A stretch of DNA of 32,000 nt from Alkalilimnicola ehrlichii MLHE-1. Lineage in GTDB: Bacteria > Pseudomonadota > Gammaproteobacteria > Nitrococcales > Halorhodospiraceae. The position numbers and the translations under genes are program-made. Shown piece by piece: positions 31,748-32,000 of this stretch (positions within the stretch are counted from its first letter, which is position 1; each line of letters starts with the position of its first letter). The notes beneath the pieces are model-generated. The model had not been told where the DNA came from, made no database searches, and was given only the letters and a program-made list of their open reading frames with translations. The stretch spans positions 1-32,000 of the forward strand of contig NC_008340.1 of assembly GCF_000014785.1 (NCBI RefSeq). The letters are read 5' to 3'.

Positions 31748-32000
31748 ATGGCCAAGCACACCATCTGTATCCTCGGCGGCTCCGGGTTCATCGGCACCAC
31801 CATCGCCGGGCGGCTCGGCCGCGACGGTCACCGGGTGATCGTGCCCACCCGCCACCGCGAGCGCAGCCGCCACTTGCTGCCGGTGCCCAATGTCGAGGTG
31901 GTGGAGCTGAACGTCAACGACGAGGACGCGCTGGTCGAGGCCTTCCAGGACTGCACCGCGGTCATCAACCTGGTGGGTATCCTCAACGAGCTCTCCGGTC
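31748..32000 (+). CDS. NAD(P)-binding SDR/epimerase-family protein (NDUFA9-like), 5' partial
   Basis: Manual translation gives MAKHTICILGGSGFIGTTIAGRLGRDGHRVIVPTR..., with the Rossmann motif GGSGFIG. It stays open to the window end and is not in the ORF track because no stop is reached. Confidence 0.7.
   Translation, partial: MAKHTICILGGSGFIGTTIAGRLGRDGHRVIVPTRHRERSRHLLPVPNVEVVELNVNDEDALVEAFQDCTAVINLVGILNELSG

Overview
This is a GC-rich, gammaproteobacterial-type chromosomal segment that starts at the replication-initiation locus. Almost all of it is conserved housekeeping genes. The taxonomic call rests on gene order and protein motifs, not on any database search.

Gene order, + strand unless marked (-):
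- dnaA-dnaN-recF-gyrB
- a tightly packed trehalose cassette: otsB, a GH15 hydrolase, otsA, glk
- a coupled chain glyQ-glyS-gmhB-plsC-like (-)
- glnA, a DUF4124 protein, ntrB, ntrC
- queE and an alpha/beta-hydrolase lipoprotein (-)
- groES-groEL (-)
- cutA, dsbD, a TlpA-like thioredoxin
- aroQ-accB-accC
- a small YfaZ-like outer-membrane protein
- a TauE/SafE-family permease (-)
- the 5' end of an NAD(P)-binding SDR gene

I see no tRNA or rRNA genes, CRISPR array, transposase, integrase, phage genes or recognisable defence, toxin or secretion system. I cannot honestly nominate a clear novel multi-gene system here.

The parts worth a second look are non-coding or organisational:
- a cluster of DnaA boxes plus an AT-rich tract in an unusually long dnaA-dnaN spacer, a candidate oriC
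- a ~207-bp compound imperfect palindrome that exactly fills the convergent ntrC/queE gap
- textbook-quality NtrC and sigma-54 sites at glnA, and an odd arrangement upstream of ntrB
- a perfect CIRCE operator combined with a sigma-32-type promoter at groESL
- a self-contained trehalose synthesis, hydrolysis and glucose re-phosphorylation cassette sitting between gyrB and the glyQS block
- an uncharacterised lipoprotein hydrolase translationally coupled to a CX14CX2C-type QueE

The many long ORFs lying antisense to real genes are treated as high-GC artefacts.
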